A stretch of DNA of 64,000 nucleotides, from contig CM052817.1 in the NCBI GenBank assembly GCA_028534125.1, forward strand, positions 41,914,001 through 41,978,000, written 5' to 3'. A model generated the notes under the pieces. The model searched no databases. It worked only from the letters and a program-made list of their open reading frames with translations, and was not told the DNA's origin. Every line of letters starts with the position of its first letter. Position 1 is the stretch's first letter. The position numbers and the translations under genes are program-made. This stretch comes from Lama glama. Lineage: Eukaryota. Positions 52,791-63,050 of the stretch are shown piece by piece.

Positions 52791-53833
52791 TATAAGTGTG
52801 AAGGAAAAGCCGGGCTGGTCTAACAAGATAACTCACAAATCTAAGTATCGGAATACTGATCTGAGTTCTACTGGACTAACTTGTAAATTTACGTTAATTA
52901 GTGTTGGTTTGCTGTTCATGTTTTTTTGCTAGCCAGCTGGATTTTCAAAGATACATATCTGGCTTTGGAATGTTGGTTTGCTGCCTCCCTGCCTCCACTT
53001 TTGTGATAATGATGCTGCTAAAGCTGTTCCATGCCTATTGGCCAAATACCCCAAGCTTGTACTTAACCCTATAAAACCTCATGCGCACGTCTTGGAGGTG
53101 CTCAGAGCTTCGGAGCAGAAGCCCCTCTGAGCCCGCCGGCGTAATACATCTGAGTACTCCAACCCTCCGAGTGGTGCTTGTTTCTTGGCTGGCCTGTCAT
53201 TCCCATAACATAAGTACATAGGGTAGGGGGTCCTGGGAGAAAGGGAACAAGACATGGCTTTCTTGACATAATAGATGTCATTTTGGGCCTAAGTATTTTG
53301 TGATTCAAGCCTGGTCACAGGGCTTGTCCCTGATCACCTCTCAGTAATCAATGGTCTTTAGGGAAGTGAGGGAATGTGAGAACAAAGAAAAAGCAGTCAA
53401 GAAACAATAATTCAGTGACAAAACAAGAGTCCCAGTTCCTCCTTGAGGCATATACATAATAACCTGATACATATCCCTGAGATCTGCACGAACTAAGGCC
53501 CCCACCACGTGGAGGATGGAATGATGATGATGCCCTTTGCTGACTTCAATCAACTGAAGCTTGGATTGTACCTACCTTTGATCCAATTCTATGCAAAATT
53601 CTCTGCTCAAGCCCCTTCATGAGATGCATATGAGCTCCTTCATGACTATGCATGACCCTTAGCTTATAACTTCTCCAATTTTGCTGTTCAAGGAGACATG
53701 ACTTTGGGAAAGATCCTCAGTGTTCTCCTTACTTGATGTAAGTAATAAACCCTTCCTTCTCTCGACTGATCTTTGGCATGGTTGTGCCTAAGCTCAACAC
53801 CCACCAAGAGGCAAAGCCAGTTTTTGGGTAACA
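52791..53833 (+). mobile_element. ERV1 solo LTR (MER41-like family), outer element of a nest
   Basis: Shares 'aacaaagaaaaagcagtcaag' and 'aactaaggcccccaccacgtggaggatgg' with the other copies; AATAAA near 53744; ends GGGTAACA; TSD ctcc/ctca. Confidence 0.85.
52797..53210 (+). mobile_element. Young ERV1 solo LTR inserted 6 bp into the outer LTR
   Basis: TGTGAAGG...CCCATAACA with perfect TSD taag/taag; TATAAAA near 53070; CpG-rich R region. Confidence 0.9.
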
Positions 53834-53898
53834 CTCAGAAGATTCCTATGAACAGGCAAATTTGGGAAATCCCATATTATGTCATGCTGAGTCTCTGA

Positions 53899-53972
53899 AA
53901 ATTCTAACATATACATAGCCTAAATTCTAACACATACGTATCCTAATTTCTAACATATATTAACCTAAATTC
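53899..53972. repeat. ~23-bp minisatellite, about 3.3 copies (AAATTCTAACATATACATAGCCT)
   Basis: Direct reading of three imperfect units. Confidence 0.8.
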
Positions 53973-54047
53973 ATACATTTTAGCTTTTTTACTTTTTTAT
54001 CTATAAGGATGAAGAACAGCAGATACTTTTTCATCTCCATATTTATA

Positions 54048-55030
54048 TTTTTTTAAATTTTTTATTGATTTATAATCATTTTACAATGTTGTGTCAAATT
54101 CCAGTGTAGAGCACAATTTTTCAGTCATACATGAGAATATATATGTGAACAAAAATACTGCAATGTGAATGAAAATACTGCAACCGTATCAGTAAACAAA
54201 GAATGCTGAAACCAAGTCATCAGCGGCTGCGGCCACCCCCCAGTGAGGACAGGCCTGCAGCCCAGCCTCTGCAGCCACTCACAATGGTGCACTCGGAGCA
54301 GACTCAGAATAAGAAAGGAGAGGTTACTGGGCCTAGATAGCTAGGTGCTTGTCAAAGGANNNNNNNNNNNNNNNNNNNNNNNNNNNNNNNNNNNNNNNNN
54401 NNNNNNNNNNNNNNNNNNNNNNNNNNNNNNNNNNNNNNNNNNNNNNNNNNNNNNNNNNNNNNNNNNNNNNNNNNNNNNNNNNNNNNNNNNNNNNNNNNNN
54501 NNNNNNNNNNNNNNNNNNNNNNNNNNNNNNNNNNNNNNNNNNNNNNNNNNNNNNNNNNNNNNNNNNNNNNNNNNNNNNNNNNNNNNNNNNNNNNNNNNNN
54601 NNNNNNNNNNNNNNNNNNNNNNNNNNNNNNNNNNNNNNNNNNNNNNNNNNNNNNNNNNNNNNNNNNNNNNNNNNNNNNNNNNNNNNNNNNNNNNNNNNNN
54701 NNNNNNNNNNNNNNNNNNNNNNNNNNNNNNNNNNNNNNNNNNNNNNNNNNNNNNNNNNNNNNNNNNNNNNNNNNNNNNNNNNNNNNNNNNNNNNNNNNNN
54801 NNNNNNNNNNNNNNNNNNNNNNNNNNNNNNNNNNNNNNNNNNNNNNNNNNNNNNNNNNNTCCTGGCTCGAGTCCTCACGCCAAATAAAACATAACTCTTA
54901 ACTTTTAGGCTGTGCATTTATTTCAGTCGACATACATATTCATTGTCACATTTTTTTCTCTGTGAGCTACCATAAGATCTTGTGTATATTTCCCTGTGCT
55001 GTACAGTATAATCTTGTTTATCTATTCTAT
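54048..55030 (-). mobile_element. Camelid-type young L1 3' end interrupted by an LTR
   Basis: 'tttattgatttataatcattttacaatgttgtgtcaaattccagtgtagagcac...' resumes after the LTR with 'tacatattcattgtcacattttt...tgtgagctacc'; matches 9181-9389. Confidence 0.9.
54144..54932 (+). mobile_element. Young ERV1 LTR or collapsed provirus containing a 500-N gap
   Basis: TGTGAAC...TTTCAGTCGACA ends, TSD tata/taca, AATAAA near 54883; N run 54360-54859. Confidence 0.85.
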
Positions 55031-55374
55031 AATTAATCTCTATATATTCTCCACCTTTTAAGAAATTGTTAGAGAACGCCATATTCCAATATTAAAAAAA
55101 AAAAACAGAGCCTTCCAGAAAACACAGTAAAACGATGTACTGGTTATATTAAAATATCCTGTAAAAAATAAAGACTAATAAAGATATGCTTTCTTCTTCT
55201 TTCATAATTCTCTTTTAAAAATAACTGAAATAATCTCTATTAAATCATCATTGAATATATTCAGGTAAGTAAGTGTGGAAAACAGTTAACATGTTAAATG
55301 TCAGATTAATATTTTTTAAAAGTCTAATAACAAAAAGAAAACTAACAACCCTAGGTACTCTTCGTCTTTGGTTG

Positions 55375-55914
55375 TGTAAGGGAAGAATCATTTTCCCTCT
55401 ACCCTTCAAGGTTCTCAGCTGAGAACACCAGGAGAAAAAAAAAAAGAGATTAACAAGAGAAAAACAAGCTTCATATGATGTACACCTCCTATAAATATGG
55501 GAGATACCCAGGAAAACTAAGTGACTCCTCGAAATGGCCCAAGCCACCACCTAAAACACCATCTCCAGCTAAAGAGAAAAATGTTGGGGGTGGGGGAGCC
55601 AGTTATGGGAGATTATCAGGCAAAGCACAGTAAACAAGGCTAAGGTTGTTACGCAGGTTTATGTCATTGCCTTCCTTACTGGTAAGAGTTTCTAGAGATT
55701 TGGTCACCCACCTCTTCCTGTTACAGTAGGGAGATACCCTTACAAAAGGAGATTTCTCTTACAAATGTAAATGTCCCTTACAAAAGGGTAAGTTCTATTC
55801 AGTTGTAGAAGCTTTTCCTGTGTCTGCTGTTTCTTAAAAAATAATCAGGCAAAGATAATCCTTACGCCAAACAGGTATATTTTGGGGTGGCAAAGTCTGC
55901 TCCCCTTCCCTTCA
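55375..55914 (-). mobile_element. ERV1 solo LTR (MER34/LTR39-like)
   Basis: Minus strand 5' region reads 'ggggagcagactttgccaccccaaaatatacctgtttggcgtaaggattat'; TG...CA ends; TSD unclear. Confidence 0.8.
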
Positions 55915-56689
55915 GTGATCAATTGTATTAAATAAACTGATGTTATCAGAATTTTAACATACATAGATATTGACTAAATGATCCCTTTCTGGGTATTTGG
56001 ATAAAAATCCGATTTCATCTATAACTTTGAACACACACTCACATTTGAAGCATTTCTAGTGAGCACAGCTTTCATCAAGCTTTTTTAACAGTCTTTTTCA
56101 CTTTAACCTAAGAGTCTGCTATTTTTACACAAGATTATGATCACTCCCCAGTGTAAAATCACTCCCCGGGCCATTTAGTGGCTTAATTGGCAATACCGCT
56201 CTTTTACTAACAACTCCACAATAAAGGAAATGTTTTTAAACAGTGAATATGTAACAAAGCAACATGTGATTATAATTCAATACATTATCTCTCTCGAATT
56301 TTATTACTGCAGGTGCAGAACACAACTGTTCAGAGGCTTGCTAAGGGCAAGGTTCCCTTCCATTTGAAAACAATTCTATTTTTACACCTGTTTTACAAAG
56401 ATTCTAAATGAAAAGACCTAGGAACAGATAATGGAACAAGAAAATAACACTAAATATTTTCTTCACAGAAGCCTGAATTAGTTTTACCCCAAGGAAAGGA
56501 AGGGGTGAAAATAATCTTTGATCTAGTAAAGGTATCCCAGAGATACATAAGTGTGTTCTCAGAAATTTATGTGTAGTAGTAAATGTGTTAGATTATAAGG
56601 GGAAAATATTTTTTATCACCTCCCAGTGGAAAAACAGTTACCAGGAGTAAGACCTAAGAATTGTCCATGTTATCTGTTATGCAGTAATC

Positions 56690-56965
56690 CTTTTCAATTC
56701 AACAGCTATGTATTAAGCATTTATTATTCATTCAATATTTATTGACAGCCTACCATATGCACTCTATGTATAATGTAAAAAATACCTGTGAGAAATTATG
56801 GGCTAGCCCTTGCAAGAGGTAAAAAAAAAATGACTACTTAAAAAGAAATACTAAGAAGGGCTTATAATCCAGTTGCTACCAGAAAGCAAACTAATACACT
56901 GGCTATCCAGATTAATACAAAGTGCTATGGGAATTCACAGAAGATGTTAGGGAGAAGTCAGTGCA
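56690..56965 (-). mobile_element. L2 3' fragments
   Basis: 'attcattcaatatttattgacagcctaccatatgc', 'tacaaagtgctatgggaattcacagaag'. Confidence 0.6.
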
Positions 56966-57039
56966 TTGATGCAGTGAAGACTTGTAGAGTACCTTCCCTA
57001 TGCCTGACACAATTCTGCATCAACTGGCTTATTAAAATA

Positions 57040-57400
57040 TTTTTTTTAATTTAGAAATATAAATAGGCAAGGATAGAGGCTCCCCCAAGTACTTATCACC
57101 CAACTTCCACAATTATCATTGCTTTTTGTCAGTCATTTTATCTGTCATCTCTCATTCTTCCTCACCCGTCAAGTATTTTAAAGGAAATCCCATACATCCT
57201 ATGATTTCTTAATGCTAACACAGAACACGTGTGCACATACACATATAACACCATTATCGCACATAACAATTTATTACAAAATTTAAAATTTTTAAGTAAT
57301 TTAAAATAAAATTCCTTTTTACCATATAACCATGTTAACTTCTTGTCAACATTTTTTAGCTACTTAATCCAATATTGTATTCTGTATGGAGTTTGTTATA
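57040..57400 (-). mobile_element. Old L1 (L1MC5/L1ME-like) 3'UTR fragment
   Basis: 'acttatcacccaacttccacaattatca...tattttaaaggaaatcccatacatc'. Confidence 0.6.
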
Positions 57401-57629
57401 CAATTTAGTTTACTCTGAAGGTTCTCAAAAACCTTTTGAGCCTTTATGTGATTGTGACCTTTGAAACAAGAGTATCACAGATCTGGCAGAGATTTCCTAG
57501 GGTTTGATTTTTGTTTAGTTACACACAGAGGGAGGGAGGGCATTCCTTCTCATTCCTCCACTACCTTTTTAGGTCTCCATGGCCATACCTGTGTCTTGAC
57601 TGGCTTACAAGTCCTCAGACCATTGAAAG

Positions 57630-58200
57630 TAAATGGAGTAGGGTCCTGTGGAGTCCTCCCAGGTACTAACCCTTTCTGTGTCCCTCATTTCTTGTTTATA
57701 AGAAATAGGCTTCATTCAGCCTCCTCGATCTTCCCTGAGTTCCAAAGGAAAAATGGGGAAGGAATGCAGAAACAAAGGAGGAGCAGTCAAGAAAGATAGC
57801 ACAGCCCTGGGCGGAGTCCTTATTCCTCCTCAAGGGATGTAAACAACAATCTGATAGTTCTTCTACAGGAACTAAGGCCCCCACCCAGGTGGAGGATGGT
57901 AACTTCAGGCTGAGCACAAGATTCCTAGAACACTACCCTGCTACCTCACCACCAACCAATCAGAAGAAAGTCTGCACATGGTGTAAAATAACGAAAACTC
58001 TGACTCCCTCCCCAGATGATTTTCCTTTTAAAAATGTTCATGGTTGGAAAAGAATCTTCTGAGTTGGTTTTTGGACATGAGACCACCTTCCCTCCAGGTT
58101 TTTGGCCTCCTGAATAAATCAACCTTTTGTTTCCAACCAACACTCACCTCTCGAGTATTGGCTTTTGAGTGATGAGCAGTCAAACCTGAGTGGGGTAACA
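57630..58200 (+). mobile_element. ERV1 solo LTR, MER41-like family
   Basis: Perfect TSD aaag/aaag, ends GGGGTAACA, AATAAA near 58113; homologous to the 45151 copy. Confidence 0.9.
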
Positions 58201-58498
58201 AAAGCAGTGTTGTCCCCCTAAAGTAGCTGGGTGCTGAATAGTCTCCAAGAACAGATGGCACCATTTCTTCTGGACAATCCAGGTACAAAGTAATGATTCT
58301 GGCTGGGCTGTCCCTAGAGTGTGAAGAGCCCCTGTCTATATAAACTACTTGATTAAATAATGTATTTTTAAAGTTCATGAGTCTATATAATGTCTAATGG
58401 TTGCTGACAATTTAGTATAATGGGTAGAAAATAGGTACTTAAGTTTTTCGTTTTGTTTTGTTCTGTTTTGTTTTGTTTTATCGTCCAATCAGTGCATG

Positions 58499-59281
58499 TG
58501 AAACTGGGTCCCCTTAAAACCAAGTTCCCCTGCCAAGTGCATGATTAACTTCTCTATCCAAAACTTTGTTCTCGTTTTTGTCCTGACCTCTGTTCCCCTC
58601 AGGATGAGAAGTATCAAAGAAAAGGGGGGACTGAAACTGAGCAGGACCTTAAAGGGCCTTCTCAGATACAAAAGCCCCTCTTTGTCCCCAACTTCTTGTT
58701 TGTAAAAAAAGGTTTTAGTCCCCTACACCTTCCTTGAGTTCCAGAGAGCAGACTCAAGCAATTACTAATTACAGGAGTGAAAGAAGGCAGAAACAAAGGA
58801 AAAGCAGTTAAGCAGAAAGGTAATGATACCTTAAACAACAGTTCAGTGATAAAACAGAGTCCCAGTTCCTCCCCAAGGGATATACATAACAATCTGACAC
58901 AAATCTTTGAGTTGTTCTGCAGAAACTAAGACTCACACCCAGGTGGAGGATGGTGACAATATGCTGACTATAAGTACTAGACCTTAGACTGGTTAGAACC
59001 AGAAGGTTAATGGTTACAATTCCTGAAACACCACCATGATATCTCATCATCAACCAATCAGAAGAAAGTCTAGGAGCTACAACTCTCATCCCAAATATTG
59101 CCTTTAAAAACCCTTCCCTGAAAGCCATCAGGGGGTTCCAGTCTTTTGAGCACGAGCTGCCCATTCTCCTTGCTTGGCACCCTGAAATAAATGCTATACT
59201 TTCCTTTACCACACCTGGTGGTGTCAGTAGATTGGCTTTGCTGTGTGGTGGGCAAAAAGACCCCAGTTCAGCTCAGAAACA
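58499..59281 (+). mobile_element. ERV1 element: 133-bp leader ending in a polypurine tract, then a MER41-like LTR (58632-59281)
   Basis: TSD catg (58495-58498 and 59282-59285); both 58499 and 58632 start TGAAACTG; PPT 'aaagaaaagggggga' directly before 58632. Confidence 0.85.
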
Positions 59282-59700
59282 CATGTGACAGTTCCTCCTA
59301 ATATTTAAGTATCACTTCTTCTTGAACAAGTCTGGGAAATATCTCTTCATGTTCTTTATTGTCAAGCATCCTATTCTTGGTTAATTTCCTATCCTCTTTA
59401 GCAAGGAAAAAGTAGCAACACTATTATTACTCATAATGCCATGACTCTTCAGAACATGTTTATATTGAAACAATATACACCTTCTTGCCTCTGCACTTCC
59501 CTAATACCAGTTCTTTCATTCAAGTTACATCATTCCTTAGAAAGCTGCCTCATCCTTGGTGCCACCCATGAATGCTGCAATCCAGTGACATTCAAAAGAT
59601 GACATTGTGCCTTATTGATGATAATCACAAAAGCAAGTCTTACCCAGAGCATGAAGGAAAGTGTGAATGATAATTCCTTTTCTGCTCATGTTAAATTTAC

Positions 59701-59846
59701 CTTTTGAAATTTTATAATATGGAATAAACATCTTCCAACAGTGTCTCTTCTTGAAGTCTTCTGACTATAATCACTGCACTCGTAGAATGTGAACTCTTTC
59801 CATGTTGAAACTGCAACCTCATCTCCCACACACTGCCACCAGTGGA
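59701..59846 (-). other. Candidate 146-nt exon of an unidentified minus-strand gene or lncRNA
   Basis: Acceptor 'ctctctgacaatggcttttcccctacag' with ctgac branch motif; donor AAG|gtaaat; one frame open throughout (phase 1 in, phase 0 out). Confidence 0.4.
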
Positions 59847-60389
59847 CTGTAGGGGAAAAGCCATTGTCAGAGAGAAGTGACACAATGCAGCAAGGAATGT
59901 CCTTCTCTTCTGACGTGGCTTAAGAAAGACCAGGAGAATATGCACCTACATAGATGAAAGACAAAAGAGGATATCAATCAGGAGGGCCACTGGTGTTGAG
60001 AGCAATGATTTCTAAAGTTCTCAGAGAGCAAGCGCATGGTCATTTCGGAGGACCACCTGCAGAGAGGTGGGTGGCCACTCTGGATGCCACTGGGGAAGGT
60101 CATCTGAGGCTAGGGTACAGTAGCCTTGAGGCAGCACTACAGCTGGAAACACTGACGATGCACGCACCTGCACAAGTGGTTCAAGCACAAGGTCCTGTTA
60201 GTCTCTCAGAGCCCTGAATTTGTTCATTGACCTCCATGGGTAAGCCACCAATAATCTGTATATCAGCACATTCTTGTGACTCAATCTTGCTCAATCAGAG
60301 AAAGACTGTGCCAGTCAGAAGAGGGATTTGTCCACCAGATTGCCCACTGGAACTCCAGCAAAATTGATGCAAAAATTGAATGTGACTTG

Positions 60390-60850
60390 TCATGAGAAAA
60401 ATACAGGTAATAGGATAGTATGTCATGAGCTCCCAGAAAGAAGGGGAGAATAGGGTTATCAAGGTATATCACAGAAGGCTTCATAAAGTGTTTCAGTTGG
60501 GCTTTGAACAAAGGATAGGATTATACAGTATACGGGGAGACTCAGAAAGAAGTCTTAGAAGAATAACGCAGTTCCCAGCATGAAGTAGCCCCAACACAAG
60601 AACAAACAAAGGAATATGGAAAGGCAAAGAAGCAGAGCGGTCCAAGGCTGGAGTGAGGCACAACGAGCAGCTAATTTTGTGAAAGTAAACGTGAAGAGGA
60701 GTTATAAGGAACTAGACAGGAAAAGCAGGTTGGAACAATGGATGACGGAAAGCCCTTAAAGGGTTTTGAGCTAGAGAGAAACAAAACGAGATGGATTTTT
60801 AGTGAGAAGAGAGCAGGATATAAAATCTAAGGACAGAGACCAGGGCTGGG
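60390..60850 (-). mobile_element. L2 fragment
   Basis: 'cagaaggcttcataaagtgtttcagttgggctttgaac...aaggctggagtg...gggttttgagctagagagaa'. Confidence 0.6.
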
Positions 60851-61126
60851 AGCCACAGGACAGTGGGGCACATCATGAACACTCCCTTGTCAAAACCTCC
60901 CTCCTTCAGATCACCCGGCATCTTGGGTGCAAAGCACTGGAAACACTCTTTTATGTAATGAAATATAAGACAGAATTGGATTTCAAATTGCTACCCATTG
61001 TGAAAACAATCCTTCTGTAATAATAAAAATGACCTAGTATTGTCAAAATAGAAACAAAACATGCTGAGTACCGCTTCAAGGAAAGAGCCACAACTACAAC
61101 ATCAGAGCATTTATTTCTGATCTCAC

Positions 61127-61244
61127 GATCAGGATGGGAGTATTTTACTGTTGGTGATTGATTGGAATAGAACTCTTGGCCCAGTGCCTTCATTTTCTGA
61201 ATTTCAATGTTATCGGCCTTTACCAGATCCTCAGGCTTTAACAC
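61127..61244 (-). other. Candidate 118-nt exon (an alternative donor would extend it to 61072)
   Basis: Acceptor 'gatctcccatgtgtag' (moderate); donor GATC|gtgaga or AAGCG|gtactc; open frame VLKPEDLVKADNIEIQKMKALGQEFYSNQSPTVKYSHPD. Confidence 0.3.
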
Positions 61245-61924
61245 CTACACATGGGAGATCACTATAAATTAATTTTAGTAAATAATTATACCACAATAAT
61301 GCAATTTTTTAAATAACTGTGTATTATCTGGTTTGCTCATTATAACAGCATCTTTTGTGAACCGTCTCCACTTTACTCAAATCAGTGATTAGAAGGATGA
61401 AGATTATGGAAATGTCATAGAGAAACTTGCTATATTTCTTGTATTTCTGATGGGCAGAACTGTGTAGATTTATAATTTCACACAAATAAGTGGTCATGCC
61501 ATTTACACCTATGGTGAGAGTCTGTATTATCTATACCGGCCTTTAACACATCTCGGCTAATGTCCTAAATTATAACCTTCAAGGAAAGGATAGTAGGTCT
61601 TTTGTCAAAACCTAACAAAAATAAAATAAAATAATGTAAAAATAACAAAATATGTATGATGTAAATCACAGTCAGAACACAGAGTATTAACAAGTTTATC
61701 ATGTAACAAATCCATAATTTTAATGGCAAAGTCAAACGGACCATCATAAAGACACCTCATAATTAAGAGGTTTCTGATGCAACTTTTTAATAACCTTGGG
61801 GTGTCAGGGTTCTTGAAATATGGGTATCAACTGCTTTTCTAGCATTTATACTAATGATAATTTGTGCTTGTTTTTCAGCAATATTTCAAGAAAAGATTGT
61901 TTTTCAAAAAGCCAATAGAGAGAG

Positions 61925-63050
61925 AATGAGAAGAAAAGCCACAGACTGGGAGAAAATATTTGCAAAAGACACATCTGATAAAGGACTGTTCTCCAAAATA
62001 TACAGAGAACTCTTAAAACTAAACAAGAAACAAAAATGACCTGATCAAAAAAAAATAAGCCAAAGACCTTAACAGACACTCACAAAAGAAGATATACAGG
62101 TGGCAAATAAGCACATGAAAAGATGTTGCACCTCATATGTCATCAGGGAAATGCAAATTAAAAAAACAATGAGATACCACTACACACTAATTAGAATACC
62201 CAAAACCTAAAAAACTGACAACAGCGAATACTGACAAGGATGTGGAGCAGTAATAGTTCTCATTCATTGCTGGTGGGTATGCAAAATGTTATAGTCACTT
62301 TGGAAGACAGTTTGGCAGTTGTTTACAAAATTTGACACATCCCTACCATATGATCCAGCAATTGTGTTCCTTGGTATTTACCCAAAGGTGATGAAACTTA
62401 GGTCCACACAAAACATGCACATGGATGTTTATATCAGCTTTATTCATAACTGCCAAAACTTAGAAGTAACCATCCTCCAGCAGATGAATGGGCAAATAAG
62501 CAAACTGTGGTACATCCAGACAAGCAAATATTCAACACTCAAAAGAAATGAGGTATCAAACCATGAAAAGACATGGAGGAAACTTAAATGTATATTACTA
62601 AATGAAAAAAGCCAATGTGAAAAGGCTGCATTCTGTATGATTATAAAGATATGACATTTCTGGAAAAGGCAAAACTATGGAGACAGTTAAAAAAAGAAAG
62701 AAAGAAAAACCAGGAATTAGGGGCAGGAATAGATGGAACAGAGAGGATGTTTAGAGCAGTGGAAATACTCTGTATGACACCATACTAACAGATACATGTC
62801 CTTACACATTTGTCCAAATTCACAGAATGTACATCAAGAGTGAACCATATGTAAGCTATGAATTTTGAGCAATTACAATGTCTCAATGTAGGTTCATCAA
62901 TGGTACAAATGTACCACTCTGGTAGGGGATGCTGATAAATGGGGGAGGCTATGAATGTGTGGGAGGAAGGCATATGGGAAGTCGCTATACCTCTCTCTCA
63001 ATATTTCTGTGAGCCTAAAACTCCTTTTAAAAAAAAATGAAGCCTTAATT
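61925..63050 (+). mobile_element. L1MC1-like 3' fragment (ORF2 C-terminus + 3'UTR)
   Basis: 'RRKATDWEKIFAKDTSDKGL', 'LPYDPAIVFLGIYPK'; 3'UTR 'tgtaggttcatcaatggtacaaatgtaccactctggtaggggatg'. Confidence 0.9.

Larger units (their letters stand above)
52700..53872. mobile_element. MER5-type MITE split by nested LTRs
   Basis: Left part 'ccaggcccttcccc...ttctgattctgtaggcctggaggacccaagaa'; right part 'gattcctatgaacaggcaaatttgggaaatcc'. Confidence 0.6.

Noticed and set aside
53899..53972. Short repeat array, considered as CRISPR-like
   Set aside because: Head-to-tail degenerate units without spacers in mammalian DNA; a simple minisatellite
54333..54917. 180-194-aa ORFs
   Set aside because: Artefacts of translating the 500-N gap
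57630..59281. Adjacent same-family LTRs read as the 5' and 3' LTR of one provirus
   Set aside because: Each has its own TSD pair (aaag versus catg), they are clearly diverged, and no primer-binding site is evident after 58200
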